Of a stretch of DNA of 64,000 nt, positions 1 to 17,611 are shown in pieces. Each line of letters starts with the position of its first letter. Position 1 is the first letter of the stretch. The notes under the pieces are model-generated. The model saw only the letters and a program-made list of their open reading frames with translations. It made no database searches and had not been told where the DNA came from. The stretch comes from Candidatus Latescibacterota bacterium. GTDB lineage: Bacteria; Latescibacterota; UBA2968; UBA8231. The stretch covers positions 1,696,001 to 1,760,000 of the forward strand of contig OZ244561.1 of NCBI GenBank assembly GCA_965217585.1. The letters run 5' to 3'. The position numbers were made by a program, and so were the translations under genes.

Positions 1-1966
1 AAATAAAGGCCCCGTGGACGCGAATTGGCTCGCCTTGGCCACTGGGCAGAAAGAGCATATCGCCCATCCCCAAGAGTCGCTCGGCCCCGTTGAAATCGAG
101 GATCGTACGCGAGTCCGTCTTCGACGCCACTTGGAAGGCAATGCGCGAAGGGAAGTTGGCCTTGATTACCCCGGTAATCACGTTCACCGAAGGCCGCTGG
201 GTCGCCAAGATGATGTGAATGCCCACTGCGCGCGACTTCTGCGCCAAACCCATCAGCGAGGTCTCCACATCGGCGGGGGCCGTCAGCATCAAGTCGGCGA
301 ATTCGTCGATTACCACCACGATGTTCGCCAGCGGCTTCTCAGGCTCAACGCCGTCTTCCTCGGCCTCGGCTTGGACGCGCACCAGCTTGGCGTTGTAGTC
401 GGCCAGATTGCGCACCCCTAACTTGGCCAGCTTCTGATAGCGCGCTTCCATTTCGGCCACGGCCCACTTCAATGCCTCCGCGGCTTTCTTCGGCTCGGTG
501 ATAACCGGTACCAGCAAGTGCGGTATATCGTTGTACATCATTAATTCGACTACCTTGGGATCGACCATGATAAATCGCACTTCGTCTGGCGTGGCCTTGA
601 AGAGGATGCTGCAAATCAGGCTGTTCAGGCACACGCTCTTGCCGGCCCCGGTGGCACCGGCGACCAATAGATGGGGCATTTTGGCCAAATCCGCGGCACA
701 CGGCTCGCCCGAAATAGTCTTGCCCAGCGCCATGACCAGCTTGGAATCCGACCGGCTGAACACCTCGTCTTCAATGATCTCGCGCAAGTACACGGTCTCC
801 CGCTCCTGATTGGCAATCTCCACCCCCACCACGGATTTGCCCGGCACCGGCGCCTGAATGCGAATGCCCTTGGCGCTCATCACGCGCGCGAGATCGTCCG
901 AGAGCGCGGCGATGCGGTTGACCTTGACCCCCAGGGCTGGCTCCACCTCGTAGCGCGTCACTACCGGCCCGGGACTCACCTCTACGACCTTGCTGGCCAC
1001 GTCGAAATTGTCCAGAGCACCCTCCAGCAGCTTGGCGTTTTCCAGCAAGGTCTCCCTAGAAACGCCGCTGCGGTTGGCCGGCACTTCGTCTAGCAACGCG
1101 GTGTTCGGGATCTCGTAGCGACCCCCGGCAGGCTTGCGGGCTGGCTCTGCCTGCTCTTTTTTGCGCGCCGGCGCTGGCGCGGCCGCGTCTTCAACCGCCG
1201 GTTCCTTCTTCTTTTTGCGCTCTCGCCGCTCAACGCGTGCCGGCGCTGGCTCCTGCACTCGAGGTTCCACAGGGACCGCGTCTTCAACCATTGGCTTCCA
1301 AGGTGCCCCAGCCGCATCTTCAACCCGAGGCTCCGCGCCGATCTCGGACCACGCGGCTCCCACATCCCTCTCCCGCTTGGCAGATTTGCTCTTGGGCACA
1401 GCAAGGCGGGGCGGCCGCAAACGCCCGAGCCACCGCCAAACCGCCGCCAAACCGGATACCAGCCGCGCCAACAGCCGCCAGTTTAGGTCGGGGGTCAAAA
1501 TAACCGCAACCACAAAGAGCGCACCCAGCAAAACCGCCGACCCCATCCTCCCTAGGTACGGTATGAGGAGATCCAAACTGATCTGGGTCCCCAGCACGCC
1601 GCCCAGCGCGTAGGCTGTGTGTGGCGAATAGTCGGGCAGGCCCGTAGCGACGCTGATGAGGATGGCCATGAACAAAAGCGCCACACTGCGGTACACAGCA
1701 AGGGCCAACGGCTGGCAACGCACCCTATTCCAACCCCAGAGCAACAAGAGCATGGGCCAGACGTACGCGGTCAGCCCCATGCTCGCAAAGGCCCCATACG
1801 ACGCGTACGCGCCGATCCACCCCCCCCAATTCAAACTTTCAGCCATCGACCGGCTCGAATTGGGGGGGTCGAGCGGCGAATGGGACATCAAGCAGACGAG
1901 CAAAAACGCGCCGAGACCGAGGGAGAGCACCCCTAGCGCTTGGGGTCTCTTCTTGCCTTTTGGCAT
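1..1966 (-). CDS. ftsK: DNA translocase FtsK (3' end runs off the window)
   Basis: Open frame from ATG at 1966 to the window edge, absent from the ORF track. It has N-terminal TM segments, a Pro/Glu linker, PHLLVAGATGAGKSV (Walker A), VVVIDEFADLM (Walker B), ATQRPS and GEPIRVHGAFI. Confidence 0.95.
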   Translation of the reverse strand, partial: MPKGKKRPQALGVLSLGLGAFLLVCLMSHSPLDPPNSSRSMAESLNWGGWIGAYASYGAFASMGLTAYVWPMLLLLWGWNRVRCQPLALAVYRSVALLFMAILISVATGLPDYSPHTAYALGGVLGTQISLDLLIPYLGRMGSAVLLGALFVVAVILTPDLNWRLLARLVSGLAAVWRWLGRLRPPRLAVPKSKSAKRERDVGAAWSEIGAEPRVEDAAGAPWKPMVEDAVPVEPRVQEPAPARVERRERKKKKEPAVEDAAAPAPARKKEQAEPARKPAGGRYEIPNTALLDEVPANRSGVSRETLLENAKLLEGALDNFDVASKVVEVSPGPVVTRYEVEPALGVKVNRIAALSDDLARVMSAKGIRIQAPVPGKSVVGVEIANQERETVYLREIIEDEVFSRSDSKLVMALGKTISGEPCAADLAKMPHLLVAGATGAGKSVCLNSLICSILFKATPDEVRFIMVDPKVVELMMYNDIPHLLVPVITEPKKAAEALKWAVAEMEARYQKLAKLGVRNLADYNAKLVRVQAEAEEDGVEPEKPLANIVVVIDEFADLMLTAPADVETSLMGLAQKSRAVGIHIILATQRPSVNVITGVIKANFPSRIAFQVASKTDSRTILDFNGAERLLGMGDMLFLPSGQGEPIRVHGAFI

Positions 1967-2096
1967 ATAGTGCAAAAACTCGGACATAGAGCCACAGACT
2001 CCGCTAGTACATAGGTTGGAAAGCAATCAGATTCGAGAGGGAGAGGGGGTTACCAAAAAATAAACAAAAACGCGACTTTTTGCATCTTGCGGCGCG

Positions 2097-4223
2097 TCAG
2101 ATCATGCCGCTGCGCTTGCGCCCAAACCACTCGACAGCCAACAGGGCAATGGCCAACAGCGCGGGCCACAGCGGCCCCCACAGCGGCAGGACCTCGGCCT
2201 TCTCGACCCAGCGCTTGCGCGGCGCGAGCTGTTTTAGCATGTCCTCCCAGTCTGCGAGCGGATAGGCGCGGCCACCACTGGCGCGGGCCATCTCGCCCAA
2301 GAGCAACGGGTCGGTGCGCAAATCCCCAAGCTCAATGCTGTACTCTTCGACGACAAAGCGGCCCGTAACCGCGCCCACTGCGGCCCGGACCTCGTATTCA
2401 TACGTGCCGGGGGCCAGCCCACTAGCGACGCCTCGGTAGTACCCGGCTCCTTGTGATTGCAGGTCGAACGCTTCCCGCCCAGCCAGCGCGACCTGCACCG
2501 TTGCCCCCGACTGCGGCTTCAGCAGCTCGTCAAAGACCTGCACCGCGAAAACCACTTCCTCGCCCGCCCGGTACACGGGTCGCTCGGTCGAGGCGCGGAC
2601 CCGCCCGCCCGGGGCGTCGAGTGCGAGCCACTTGGTGGCGTCGCGCCAGAACGTCCGAATGGTCTGCGGCCGGCCATCGACGCCGCTGCTCATTAGGTCG
2701 AGCCGCCAAAAAGACGCGGACAGGGCCGCGATGACCTTGCCCTCGCCATACGCGCCCGCCGTTATGACCGGCTCGCCGCCTAAGCTCTCGACCAGCACGG
2801 TGGTACCCGGCCGCTGCTGCGCCGTGCGAAAGTAGCCCGGCAGCGGCGGCAACCGAGGCCACGGATCGTCCGCGCCCGCGGGCGGGCGCACAACAGGATG
2901 ACGCCGCCCGCCCGCGCTGAGCCGCAACAAGACCTCGTCCGGCACAAAGGGCACTGGGCCGGCCACCTGAAGCGGCATGAGTGCGGCCAGCGGCGAGTCG
3001 GCCCGCCAAGCCCGCGCCATCTTGGGGCCACCGACCACGAGCAAACCGGCACCGGTGTACACGTGCTGGACCAACGCGGCGGCGGGCGGGCCGTTGAGCA
3101 GCCACGCGCCCGGATTCACCAGCAGCACCACGTCCCGGTCCTGCAAAACAGCCGGACTCCACGCGCCGCCGTAGAACGCGTCCGGCTCCCGCTGAATCAG
3201 GACCTCGACGACCCAACTCGAATCCGCGCTTAAACTGCGGCGCAAAAAGGCCAGATCCTCGCTAGGGCCTCCGGCTAGTAACAGCACCCGCGGGCGCCCT
3301 GCGAGAATGTGGGTAAACGCGAGTGCCTCGTTGTCAGCCGTCGCGAATTCCCCGGCCACGGGCGCGACGACCACGCGAAAAATGCGTGGCCCAGCCTGCT
3401 GGGGAGTCACCGCAAACGAGACGCTCTGTACCTGTCCATCGCTGTCCAACAGCAGGGATTGTCTCTGGAGCAACCGCTCGCCCTCGTAGAGTTGGACCTC
3501 CACGCGCTGCCCTTCGTACCCCCAACTCCGCACCTTGGCGTCGATTTGCTGGCTCTGACCGACGTATCCGGTCTCAGGCGTGCGCACATCCACGAGCTGA
3601 ACATCGACGGGCACCTCCGCGCCCCCTACGCCGAGCGCGTACACGGGTACTCCCAGTTCCGCGCTCAGTTGCACCGGGTCGCGGCCTAGGTTGTGGCCCC
3701 CGTCGGAAAATAGGACCACGCCTTGCACGCGCTCCCGCTCGGAGACCGCCTCCAAGCTAACGGCGAGGGCGCGGCCTATATTGGTTGCCTGACCACACGT
3801 GCTTGCGGTCGCGACCGTATCGAGAGCGAGCGGATACGCGGACTCGGCAAATCCCCAAGCGCGGACTTCCGCCTGCTGCAAGCGCGCCGACCAACGCTCG
3901 TCGCCCAGTACGGCCCCGGCCTGTTGCAGGCGCGTGAAAGGCCCCTCGGCCACCCTCATGCTCGGGCTTGTATCGACCAACACCAGCACCAGCGGCCGAA
4001 CGACCTGCTGGTGCCACCACGTCAAAACCGGCTCGCACAACACCATGGCCAGCAAGGCCACGGCCGCGGCGCGCAAAACCACGAGCACCATGCGGCGCTT
4101 GGGCTCAACATCCGGGTACGTCCGCTGATATACCCAATAAATGAATGCGAATAGGAAGGGCAGCAGGACGAGGAATACGCGGGGTCCCGCTAGCTGGAAA
4201 TGGCTATCCGACCACTCAGACAC
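2097..4223 (-). CDS. Membrane-anchored vWA-domain protein with glutamine-amidotransferase-like domain
   Basis: N- and C-terminal TM helices, MIDAS-like DTSPSM, FSDG, and a C-terminal LLAVEWFGRKRSG motif typical of this family. Confidence 0.75.
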   Translation of the reverse strand: MSEWSDSHFQLAGPRVFLVLLPFLFAFIYWVYQRTYPDVEPKRRMVLVVLRAAAVALLAMVLCEPVLTWWHQQVVRPLVLVLVDTSPSMRVAEGPFTRLQQAGAVLGDERWSARLQQAEVRAWGFAESAYPLALDTVATASTCGQATNIGRALAVSLEAVSERERVQGVVLFSDGGHNLGRDPVQLSAELGVPVYALGVGGAEVPVDVQLVDVRTPETGYVGQSQQIDAKVRSWGYEGQRVEVQLYEGERLLQRQSLLLDSDGQVQSVSFAVTPQQAGPRIFRVVVAPVAGEFATADNEALAFTHILAGRPRVLLLAGGPSEDLAFLRRSLSADSSWVVEVLIQREPDAFYGGAWSPAVLQDRDVVLLVNPGAWLLNGPPAAALVQHVYTGAGLLVVGGPKMARAWRADSPLAALMPLQVAGPVPFVPDEVLLRLSAGGRRHPVVRPPAGADDPWPRLPPLPGYFRTAQQRPGTTVLVESLGGEPVITAGAYGEGKVIAALSASFWRLDLMSSGVDGRPQTIRTFWRDATKWLALDAPGGRVRASTERPVYRAGEEVVFAVQVFDELLKPQSGATVQVALAGREAFDLQSQGAGYYRGVASGLAPGTYEYEVRAAVGAVTGRFVVEEYSIELGDLRTDPLLLGEMARASGGRAYPLADWEDMLKQLAPRKRWVEKAEVLPLWGPLWPALLAIALLAVEWFGRKRSGMI

Positions 4224-5226
4224 GCCAACTCAGGCGGGGGGCGGCGTCCACATCGAGACTGTCGCAGACACCGCGGCTGAGGTAGAAGGCCCCAACGGCC
4301 CCCACCATGGCGGCATTATCCGTACACAAATCGTACGCCGGGCAATGGAACGACAGGCCACGGTGCTCGACCGCGGCGCGCAGGCACTGGCGCAGACGCT
4401 GGTTGGCGGCAACGCCGCCTGCGAGGCAAACGGTCGCAACGTCTGCGCGATCCAAAGCCAACAGGGTCTTGGCGACTAAGGCATCCACCACCGCTTCTTG
4501 GAAGCTGGCGGCAATATGGGCGAGCTGCTGCGTGCGCGCTGGCGGAGTAAGCGAGCGCACGTAGTGCAACACCGCGGTTTTTAGGCCGCTGAAGCTGAAG
4601 TCCATCTCGTCCACGAGGGCGCGGGGGAAGTCAATGGCCTCGGGATCGCCGGCGGCGGCCAACTCGGCGATGAGCCGTCCGCCCGCCACGGCCCCCTCCC
4701 CGGGCAGGAGACCCAGCAGCTTGGCGACCTTGTCAAATGCCTCGCCGGCCGCGTCGTCGCGCGTGCGGCCCAGCACCTTGTATGAGCCGAGTGCGCGCAC
4801 CAAGATCAACTCGGTGTGCCCGCCCGACACCAGCAGCGTCAGGAAGGGGACCTCGACCTGCGCGGCGACCAAGTTGGAAAACACATGGGCCTCCAAATGG
4901 TGGACGCCTACCAGCGGCTTGTTGCGCGCCAACGCCAACCCCTTGGCCAGCGACAGTCCCACGATCAACGATCCGACCAAGCCCGGCCCTCGCGTCGCCG
5001 CTACTCCATCCACTTCTTCCCACCCAATGCCCGCGGTCGCCAGGGCCTGCCGTACGACCGGCACCAACGCGCGCATATGGGCGCGCGAGGCCAGCTCGGG
5101 CACCACGCCCCCGTATGGCGCGTGATCTTGTTGCGAGAAGATGATATTGGAATGCACGGTGTACGACTCATCGACGACCGCCGCGGCCGTCTCATCGCAG
5201 GAGGTTTCCAGCCCCAGCACCAACAT
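4216..5226 (-). CDS. tsaD: tRNA threonylcarbamoyladenosine biosynthesis protein TsaD
   Basis: GLETSCDETAAA, GGVVPELASRAH, HHLEAH, GEAFDKVAK, FSFSGLKT and CTDNAAM motifs. Confidence 0.97.
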   Translation of the reverse strand: MLVLGLETSCDETAAAVVDESYTVHSNIIFSQQDHAPYGGVVPELASRAHMRALVPVVRQALATAGIGWEEVDGVAATRGPGLVGSLIVGLSLAKGLALARNKPLVGVHHLEAHVFSNLVAAQVEVPFLTLLVSGGHTELILVRALGSYKVLGRTRDDAAGEAFDKVAKLLGLLPGEGAVAGGRLIAELAAAGDPEAIDFPRALVDEMDFSFSGLKTAVLHYVRSLTPPARTQQLAHIAASFQEAVVDALVAKTLLALDRADVATVCLAGGVAANQRLRQCLRAAVEHRGLSFHCPAYDLCTDNAAMVGAVGAFYLSRGVCDSLDVDAAPRLSWRV

Positions 5227-5227
5227 C

Positions 5228-6190
5228 CTAATAACTCACCAAATCGACGTATGCCGGCGCGATCTGGCGCACCTCGAAAATCGGCATCTCCGGGCTGCGC
5301 ACCGGCAGTGCACTCCCCTGATATTCGGCGTAATCCACGTACAGCTCTATGTCGCGGGCTGGGTCGAGCTGGGCGATCACGCTAACTCCGCCGCGCACCT
5401 TGACTTGGGCGGTAGCCGGCTCGGGCCGCAGGCGCGCCTCACCGACATGGCGCACAGTTATCGGCACCCCGATTAAATCGTCCTCGGCCAACATTTGCAC
5501 GGTGGCGCGCACGCGCACGGCCTCGGGCACGAACGCGAGTTGCGTGTGCTCGGGATGCCGCAAGGACCACTCCACATCCACGTCTTCCCTGACATCCCGC
5601 AAAACCAGCGAATCCGTCTCCACATAACGCAATGCTGCGACCTGCTGCTGAGGACCGATCACCCGGACGAGCGCGGGATCGGCTCGCTCCAGCGTCACCT
5701 GTACGTGGGCGGCAGCCACTTCTATACTCGCTTGCACCCGCACCGGCACGTCCCGTTCCATCCTCGGCGCTAGGGCGATTGCAATTTCTTTTGGTTCGAG
5801 GATTTCCTTGACTTCGACGTCCAAGTCGGCCACCCGTTTGGTGATTTGGGAAGGAGTCAAGCGGTGAATCCGGCTCTTGCCTTCGGCCCGCAGCCTTAGG
5901 ACAAAGGAATCGTCGTCCAAGTCAAACAGCAGGTCCTTGCCCCCCCCAGTGACCAAGACGCGGACCGTGGAAGGCACTTCACTAGCCAGCACCATATCCC
6001 CGTCTACGCCCTCGCCCGGCGGAGGGACTTCGATCCAGAGGCGAACTGCAATTTCTTTATCGTAGTACTTCTCTGTAACCGCGTGAAGCCACAACGCAAA
6101 AGATAAGATCAGTGCGCCAGCCCTGATTCCCCAACTGCTTATACTGATGTTGGCCAACAATGGACCCCATAAGAAGAAGAGGCTCCGCAA
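5228..6190 (-). CDS. YbbR/CdaR-like domain protein
   Basis: N-terminal TM (ALILSFALWLHA) followed by repeated P..V.V.G beta-rich YbbR-like units. Confidence 0.7.
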   Translation of the reverse strand: MRSLFFLWGPLLANISISSWGIRAGALILSFALWLHAVTEKYYDKEIAVRLWIEVPPPGEGVDGDMVLASEVPSTVRVLVTGGGKDLLFDLDDDSFVLRLRAEGKSRIHRLTPSQITKRVADLDVEVKEILEPKEIAIALAPRMERDVPVRVQASIEVAAAHVQVTLERADPALVRVIGPQQQVAALRYVETDSLVLRDVREDVDVEWSLRHPEHTQLAFVPEAVRVRATVQMLAEDDLIGVPITVRHVGEARLRPEPATAQVKVRGGVSVIAQLDPARDIELYVDYAEYQGSALPVRSPEMPIFEVRQIAPAYVDLVSY

Positions 6191-6252
6191 AAGGGGGCCT
6201 CTTCTCGTGATCTACTACTTTTACCGCGTGCCAAAGGCGGAGACGGGACAGC

Positions 6253-6447
6253 TTACTTAAACGACTTCTTGAGTTCCTCGCCAATACTCAACTCGCCGTT
6301 GTCTATTCTCATGTGGTATCCGCAACTTGGATTCGTGCAGACCCATGCTTTGTAGTGAATGGCCGCGCCATCTCTTCCATAGTCGGAAAGCGGAATTAAA
6401 ACGCCTTCTTTGCACTTCAAACACTCAGGAAAATTAACCTTTTCCAT
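6253..6447 (-). CDS. Small zinc-ribbon hypothetical protein
   Basis: CLKC...CTNPSC motif, GGAGGG RBS and its own promoter upstream. Confidence 0.75.
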   Translation of the reverse strand: MEKVNFPECLKCKEGVLIPLSDYGRDGAAIHYKAWVCTNPSCGYHMRIDNGELSIGEELKKSFK

Positions 6448-6501
6448 CCGACCCTCCCTTCCGGTTTTAGCGTGCGGCCACTAGGGGCCACACTTTCATT
6501 C

Positions 6502-6530
6502 AATGTACTCGTGCCGCCCTACTATGTCAA
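6502..6530 (-). promoter_or_regulatory. Sigma70-type promoter
   Basis: TTGACA-17 bp-TACATT on the minus strand. Confidence 0.6.
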
Positions 6531-6545
6531 TTACAACGGGGGGGA

Positions 6546-7016
6546 TCACATTTGCCCAAGATGCGCGGCATATTCATATACGGCTCGCTCTTGGGCGGCC
6601 GTTTCCACCGAGCCGGGGCGCAGGTTGCGCACCTGTGTCAGGGCGTCCGCCGAGCTGCTGCCCATCCTTACCAAATAACTCGCCAACATCGTGCCCGTGC
6701 GCCCCAACCCCGCGCTGCAATGGACCATCACGGGCCGTCCTTGCTCGACCGCTTCGTCAACAAATTGGATAAACGCCCTTATATCCCCGAGTGAAGGCGG
6801 CTGCATATCCTGTATGGGCAAGTGCAAATACGCTATATCTCGCGCCTTCACCTCGCCCGCCTGCAGGGCATTGGCGGTCAGTGACACAATCGCCTTTACG
6901 CCCTGCGCCGACAGCACATCGAGATCGTCCTCTAGCCGCTCGCCTCCCTCCCAACCACCAATCTGCCCAGCACCGGCTAACCGACCTTCTAACAACCAAC
7001 CAAAATTGAACACCAT
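6546..7016 (-). CDS. Dual-specificity/protein-tyrosine phosphatase family protein
   Basis: HCSAGLGRTG (HCX5R) catalytic loop. Start placed at MVFNFGW, just after the moaE stop. Confidence 0.88.
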   Translation of the reverse strand: MVFNFGWLLEGRLAGAGQIGGWEGGERLEDDLDVLSAQGVKAIVSLTANALQAGEVKARDIAYLHLPIQDMQPPSLGDIRAFIQFVDEAVEQGRPVMVHCSAGLGRTGTMLASYLVRMGSSSADALTQVRNLRPGSVETAAQERAVYEYAAHLGQM

Positions 7017-7017
7017 A

Positions 7018-7458
7018 CTAGCTGCCTTCGTAGGCCGCTTGCGGCCCTTCAACCCAGCTCTCACCCCCGACCCCCACCTCCTTCTTCCATATCGGCACGA
7101 TCTGCTTAAGCCGATCAATGGCGTACTGACACGCGGCCAGCGCCTCGGCCCGATGGGGGCTAGCGACGGCAATTAACACGCTGATCTCCCCGATTTCGAG
7201 CTTCCCCACGCGGTGAATCATCGCGACATCCACGACGCCCCATCGCGCTTTCATCTCGTCGCCAATCGCCGCCATCTTCTTCTCGGCCATAGCCGGATAC
7301 GCTTCGTACACCAAGTAATCGGTTTGCTTGTCCCCAGAGTGATTGCGCACCACCCCGGCAAACGTGGCCACTGCGCCATTTTCATCGCGCACCACCCCGG
7401 CAAACAAATCGCTGGGTTCGATTGGGTCTTCAGTAATTTTGAACACATCAGCCCCCAC
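7018..7458 (-). CDS. moaE: Molybdopterin synthase catalytic subunit
   Basis: GAVATFAGVVRN, YEAY, HRVG, SPHR and LKQIVPIWKKE motifs. Confidence 0.95.
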   Translation of the reverse strand: MGADVFKITEDPIEPSDLFAGVVRDENGAVATFAGVVRNHSGDKQTDYLVYEAYPAMAEKKMAAIGDEMKARWGVVDVAMIHRVGKLEIGEISVLIAVASPHRAEALAACQYAIDRLKQIVPIWKKEVGVGGESWVEGPQAAYEGS

Positions 7459-7693
7459 TTACAGGCGGAATAAGAGCCACCTCGTCGCCCGCTTTTAACA
7501 CGGTATGGCTCCCCGCGTATTCGGAATTGACCGCAATCGACAACACCTGCTGCACCGCGGCCAGTTGCGGATACGCGGCCACCAGCTCGCGCTGCAAATC
7601 CGCGACCCGGTAGCCTTCCGCAATCTCCCAGTCGCAGCTTTTGTGGCCGACTGCATCGCGGCAGGAAGCAAAAAATAAAACCTTGATTTTCAT
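7448..7693 (-). CDS. moaD: Molybdopterin synthase sulfur carrier subunit
   Basis: MKIKVLFFA start, AVNSEY, C-terminal PPVSGG, overlaps moaE. Confidence 0.95.
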   Translation of the reverse strand: MKIKVLFFASCRDAVGHKSCDWEIAEGYRVADLQRELVAAYPQLAAVQQVLSIAVNSEYAGSHTVLKAGDEVALIPPVSGG

Positions 7694-7708
7694 ATCCACG
7701 CGCAATAA

Positions 7709-7780
7709 CGCCGCGGCCTTGCGCAACGGGCCGCGGCGAAAAAAAGGAAATGGGACCCTTTTGAGGCCCCATTTCACTAA
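7709..7780 (-). terminator. Tandem hairpins downstream of the 687-aa gene
   Basis: GAAATGGG/CCCATTTC hairpin followed by a T-run on the minus strand, plus a CGCCGCGGCC/GGCCGCGGCG hairpin at 7709-7738. Confidence 0.6.
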
Positions 7781-7810
7781 CTGATTACTGCTGTTGTCCC
7801 GCTGAGGCAA

Positions 7811-9874
7811 CTACCTTAGCAGCACCATCTTGTGCTTGGCTACGTAGTCACCGGCATGGAGCAAGTAGAAATACATGCCGCTGGCGACGCCAACGCCGCT
7901 TTCGTTCCGGCCATCCCACACAGCCTGGTACTGACCTGCGGCCAACGACTCGCCATCAACCAGCTTGCGCACGACCTGACCCATGATATTGTAAACCGTC
8001 AGGGAGACGATAGCATCACTGCTCAGATCGTAGCGGATCGTCGTTTCCGGATTAAACGGGTTGGGATAGTTCTGACTCAGCGAATTGGCCAAAGGCACGG
8101 CGGCTAGCGGCTTGGCAGCAGCCCAAGCCGCGCTGAAGTCAACCGCCAAGTCGAGGGTCTTGCCGGCAGCATTCTCAGTGGGGGTACTCGCCGTAATGCT
8201 GAGGAAAGACACGACCTCGGCGTCAACCTCAATCGACGAATTGCCGTCGGCATCGGTCGTATTGCGCACGAACGCGCTACCATGGGAGGGAATCGTGCCA
8301 ATACCGAGCACGGACACCGACTGTGCGCTCCGGTTATACACGTCCCACAAGATGGTCTGACCCTCGCCCGGATCGCCCCAGAGATCGGTGAAATTGACCG
8401 AGTACTGGATCTCGCCGGGACTGCTGTCATCGACCGCGCCCGCGTCGGCTCCAGAAATCAACGCGTTGCCAACCAGCCGCGCGGTAGCCACCAGCACCGG
8501 ATCCGGCCGGTTGAGGTGCATGCTGCGATTCAACAACTCGGCATCCAAGTAATCGCGCATGCCGGACGACGGGCCGAGGGACACGCTGTGGACCACAATA
8601 TCCGCCTCCATCTCCTCGGTAAAGTTGTCCGACGTGACCAGGGTGAAGGTCCCCAGATCGGCATCGCCATCTACGGCCTCGCTAAGAACGACTGCGCCAC
8701 CCCGCACCTGATTCCCGGAGACTTCCACGCCCGGACCCGCCAGCCTAAACGCACTAGAACCCGCAAACGTGGTGGCCTCCAGATCGAAGGCCTCGGCGGG
8801 CGACACCGTCACGGTGACCGCAACCTGCTTCACGCCGACTAACCCGGCCGCCGACAGCACGACTGGGATTTTCGCACCCCCACCCGCGACTAACTCGTTG
8901 AGGGCCTTGTCATCGCTATTCAGGGAGACCCCCGAGACGAAGATCAACTGGTCGGCATCCGGCACCGCCCAAGTGGCGTTGAAATCAACCGCCAAGTCGC
9001 GGGACTCACCGGCCGAATTCCCAGCGATGGTGCGCGCCCGAACTTCGAGCGAAGTCGCAGCAGCCTTTACGTTGCCTTCGGAGTCAAACTTAATCGCCGC
9101 ATCGCCGGCCCCATCGGTCACATTCCGCAGGCATACATACACCCCGGAGGGAACCTCGCCGACACCGAGCAGATAGACCGACTTAGAGCCGGTATTGGTG
9201 ATGTCCCAAGCAACGGGCTGGCCCTTGGTGGGGCTGCCCTTATGGTCGGCGAAATTAACCGAGAACTCGAGCTCGCCGGGGCTGCCATCAGCGACCGCAC
9301 CCGTGCCAATCGCGGAATAGGCCGGATTAGCAGCAAGCGGCGAGATGGCCGACAGCGTCGGCTCGAACACTGGCTGGTTGACGATCACGAAAAGCCCCAA
9401 CGCCTCGGCGTCAAAGACATCCCGATCCACAGACGACGCCCCGATGGACGCACTGCTCACCATAATAGCGGCAGAGAAATCCCGGCTAAAACTACTCGAC
9501 GTCGTGAGGGTAAAAACACCCAAAGCACCATCGCCATCTACCGGCTCGCCGAGGGCAGCCACACCGCTTTTGATCTGCCCGTCCCCTAACAATTCCACGC
9601 CAGGCGAAAAACCAAAAGCAGGGGTAAACATCGTCGCCGCTAGATCGAAGGCATCAGCGGGCGAGACCGTCAGGGTAATTTCAACCTGCGTTACCCCGAC
9701 CATCCCAGCAGCCGACAGTGCCACCTGAACTTGTTCACCAGTACCGGCGGATGCATACTCCCCACTGTCCAGCGAAACGACAACATTCGCGTTATCCCCG
9801 GCGACAGCGGCGCCACAGACTGCGAGCAACAGGGCGACGGCAAGAGGAAACATCTTGCGCACGCTGTTCTGCAT
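7811..9874 (-). CDS. Secreted protein with duplicated two-domain module and C-terminal FlgD-Ig/T9SS-like sorting domain
   Basis: Signal peptide, internal duplication (LSAAG.VGV.QV...VSPA.AFDL and SPGE...SVNF.D..G), and a QNYPNPFNPETTIRY...SGMYFYLL tail. Confidence 0.8.
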   Translation of the reverse strand: MQNSVRKMFPLAVALLLAVCGAAVAGDNANVVVSLDSGEYASAGTGEQVQVALSAAGMVGVTQVEITLTVSPADAFDLAATMFTPAFGFSPGVELLGDGQIKSGVAALGEPVDGDGALGVFTLTTSSSFSRDFSAAIMVSSASIGASSVDRDVFDAEALGLFVIVNQPVFEPTLSAISPLAANPAYSAIGTGAVADGSPGELEFSVNFADHKGSPTKGQPVAWDITNTGSKSVYLLGVGEVPSGVYVCLRNVTDGAGDAAIKFDSEGNVKAAATSLEVRARTIAGNSAGESRDLAVDFNATWAVPDADQLIFVSGVSLNSDDKALNELVAGGGAKIPVVLSAAGLVGVKQVAVTVTVSPAEAFDLEATTFAGSSAFRLAGPGVEVSGNQVRGGAVVLSEAVDGDADLGTFTLVTSDNFTEEMEADIVVHSVSLGPSSGMRDYLDAELLNRSMHLNRPDPVLVATARLVGNALISGADAGAVDDSSPGEIQYSVNFTDLWGDPGEGQTILWDVYNRSAQSVSVLGIGTIPSHGSAFVRNTTDADGNSSIEVDAEVVSFLSITASTPTENAAGKTLDLAVDFSAAWAAAKPLAAVPLANSLSQNYPNPFNPETTIRYDLSSDAIVSLTVYNIMGQVVRKLVDGESLAAGQYQAVWDGRNESGVGVASGMYFYLLHAGDYVAKHKMVLLR

Positions 9875-9910
9875 GGTTGCTTCTCCTTCTATTTATAAAC
9901 CTGTTTTATA

Positions 9911-9956
9911 TAGTGAAATGGGACCCCAATTTGAGGTTTGAGGTCCCATTTCACTA
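9911..9956 (-). terminator. Inverted repeat after the giant protein gene
   Basis: 15-bp perfect IR TAGTGAAATGGGACC/GGTCCCATTTCACTA, related in sequence to the hairpin at 7747-7780. Confidence 0.7.
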
Positions 9957-9975
9957 ACGCGCTGTGCAGTGAGTG

Positions 9976-17226
<7,251 letters not shown>

Positions 17227-17390
17227 TACTCAACCTCCCCAGGGAACGTATCCCTGATTATGAAAGTGATATGAGAAGATGGATTTGCTTCAAACCCACT
17301 AAGAATTTGCGTTCTTGCGTATTTCATATGCCCCCTTTCGCGGCTTTTCCGTACATAACGCATAGCGCGTTCTCCTATACAATAGAGCTA

Positions 17391-17419
17391 ATAATACCGA
17401 GAAAAAATAGAAGTGTCAA
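17391..17419 (-). promoter_or_regulatory. Sigma70-type promoter of the giant protein gene
   Basis: TTGACA-17 bp-TATTAT on the minus strand in AT-rich intergenic DNA. Confidence 0.7.
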
Positions 17420-17611
17420 GTATAAATTACCTTATTGAAACTATAGCCAAAAAAACCCTATCCCCCCTATAAAGCCTTCATTTAGGAAAGGCGCGCAGGC
17501 TGGCCAATGGCAAGCGGGAACGCTTACGTGAGTTGCAGAGCAGCTAGCAACAAACGGTTCGGGATTCAATTCGGGGTTCTGCCGCTGCATTGAAATTCTC
17601 CTGCCCATCGT

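Noticed and set aside
7694-7745. Moco riboswitch upstream of moaD
   Set aside because: Only ~50 bp containing a single hairpin, too short for the multi-stem aptamer.
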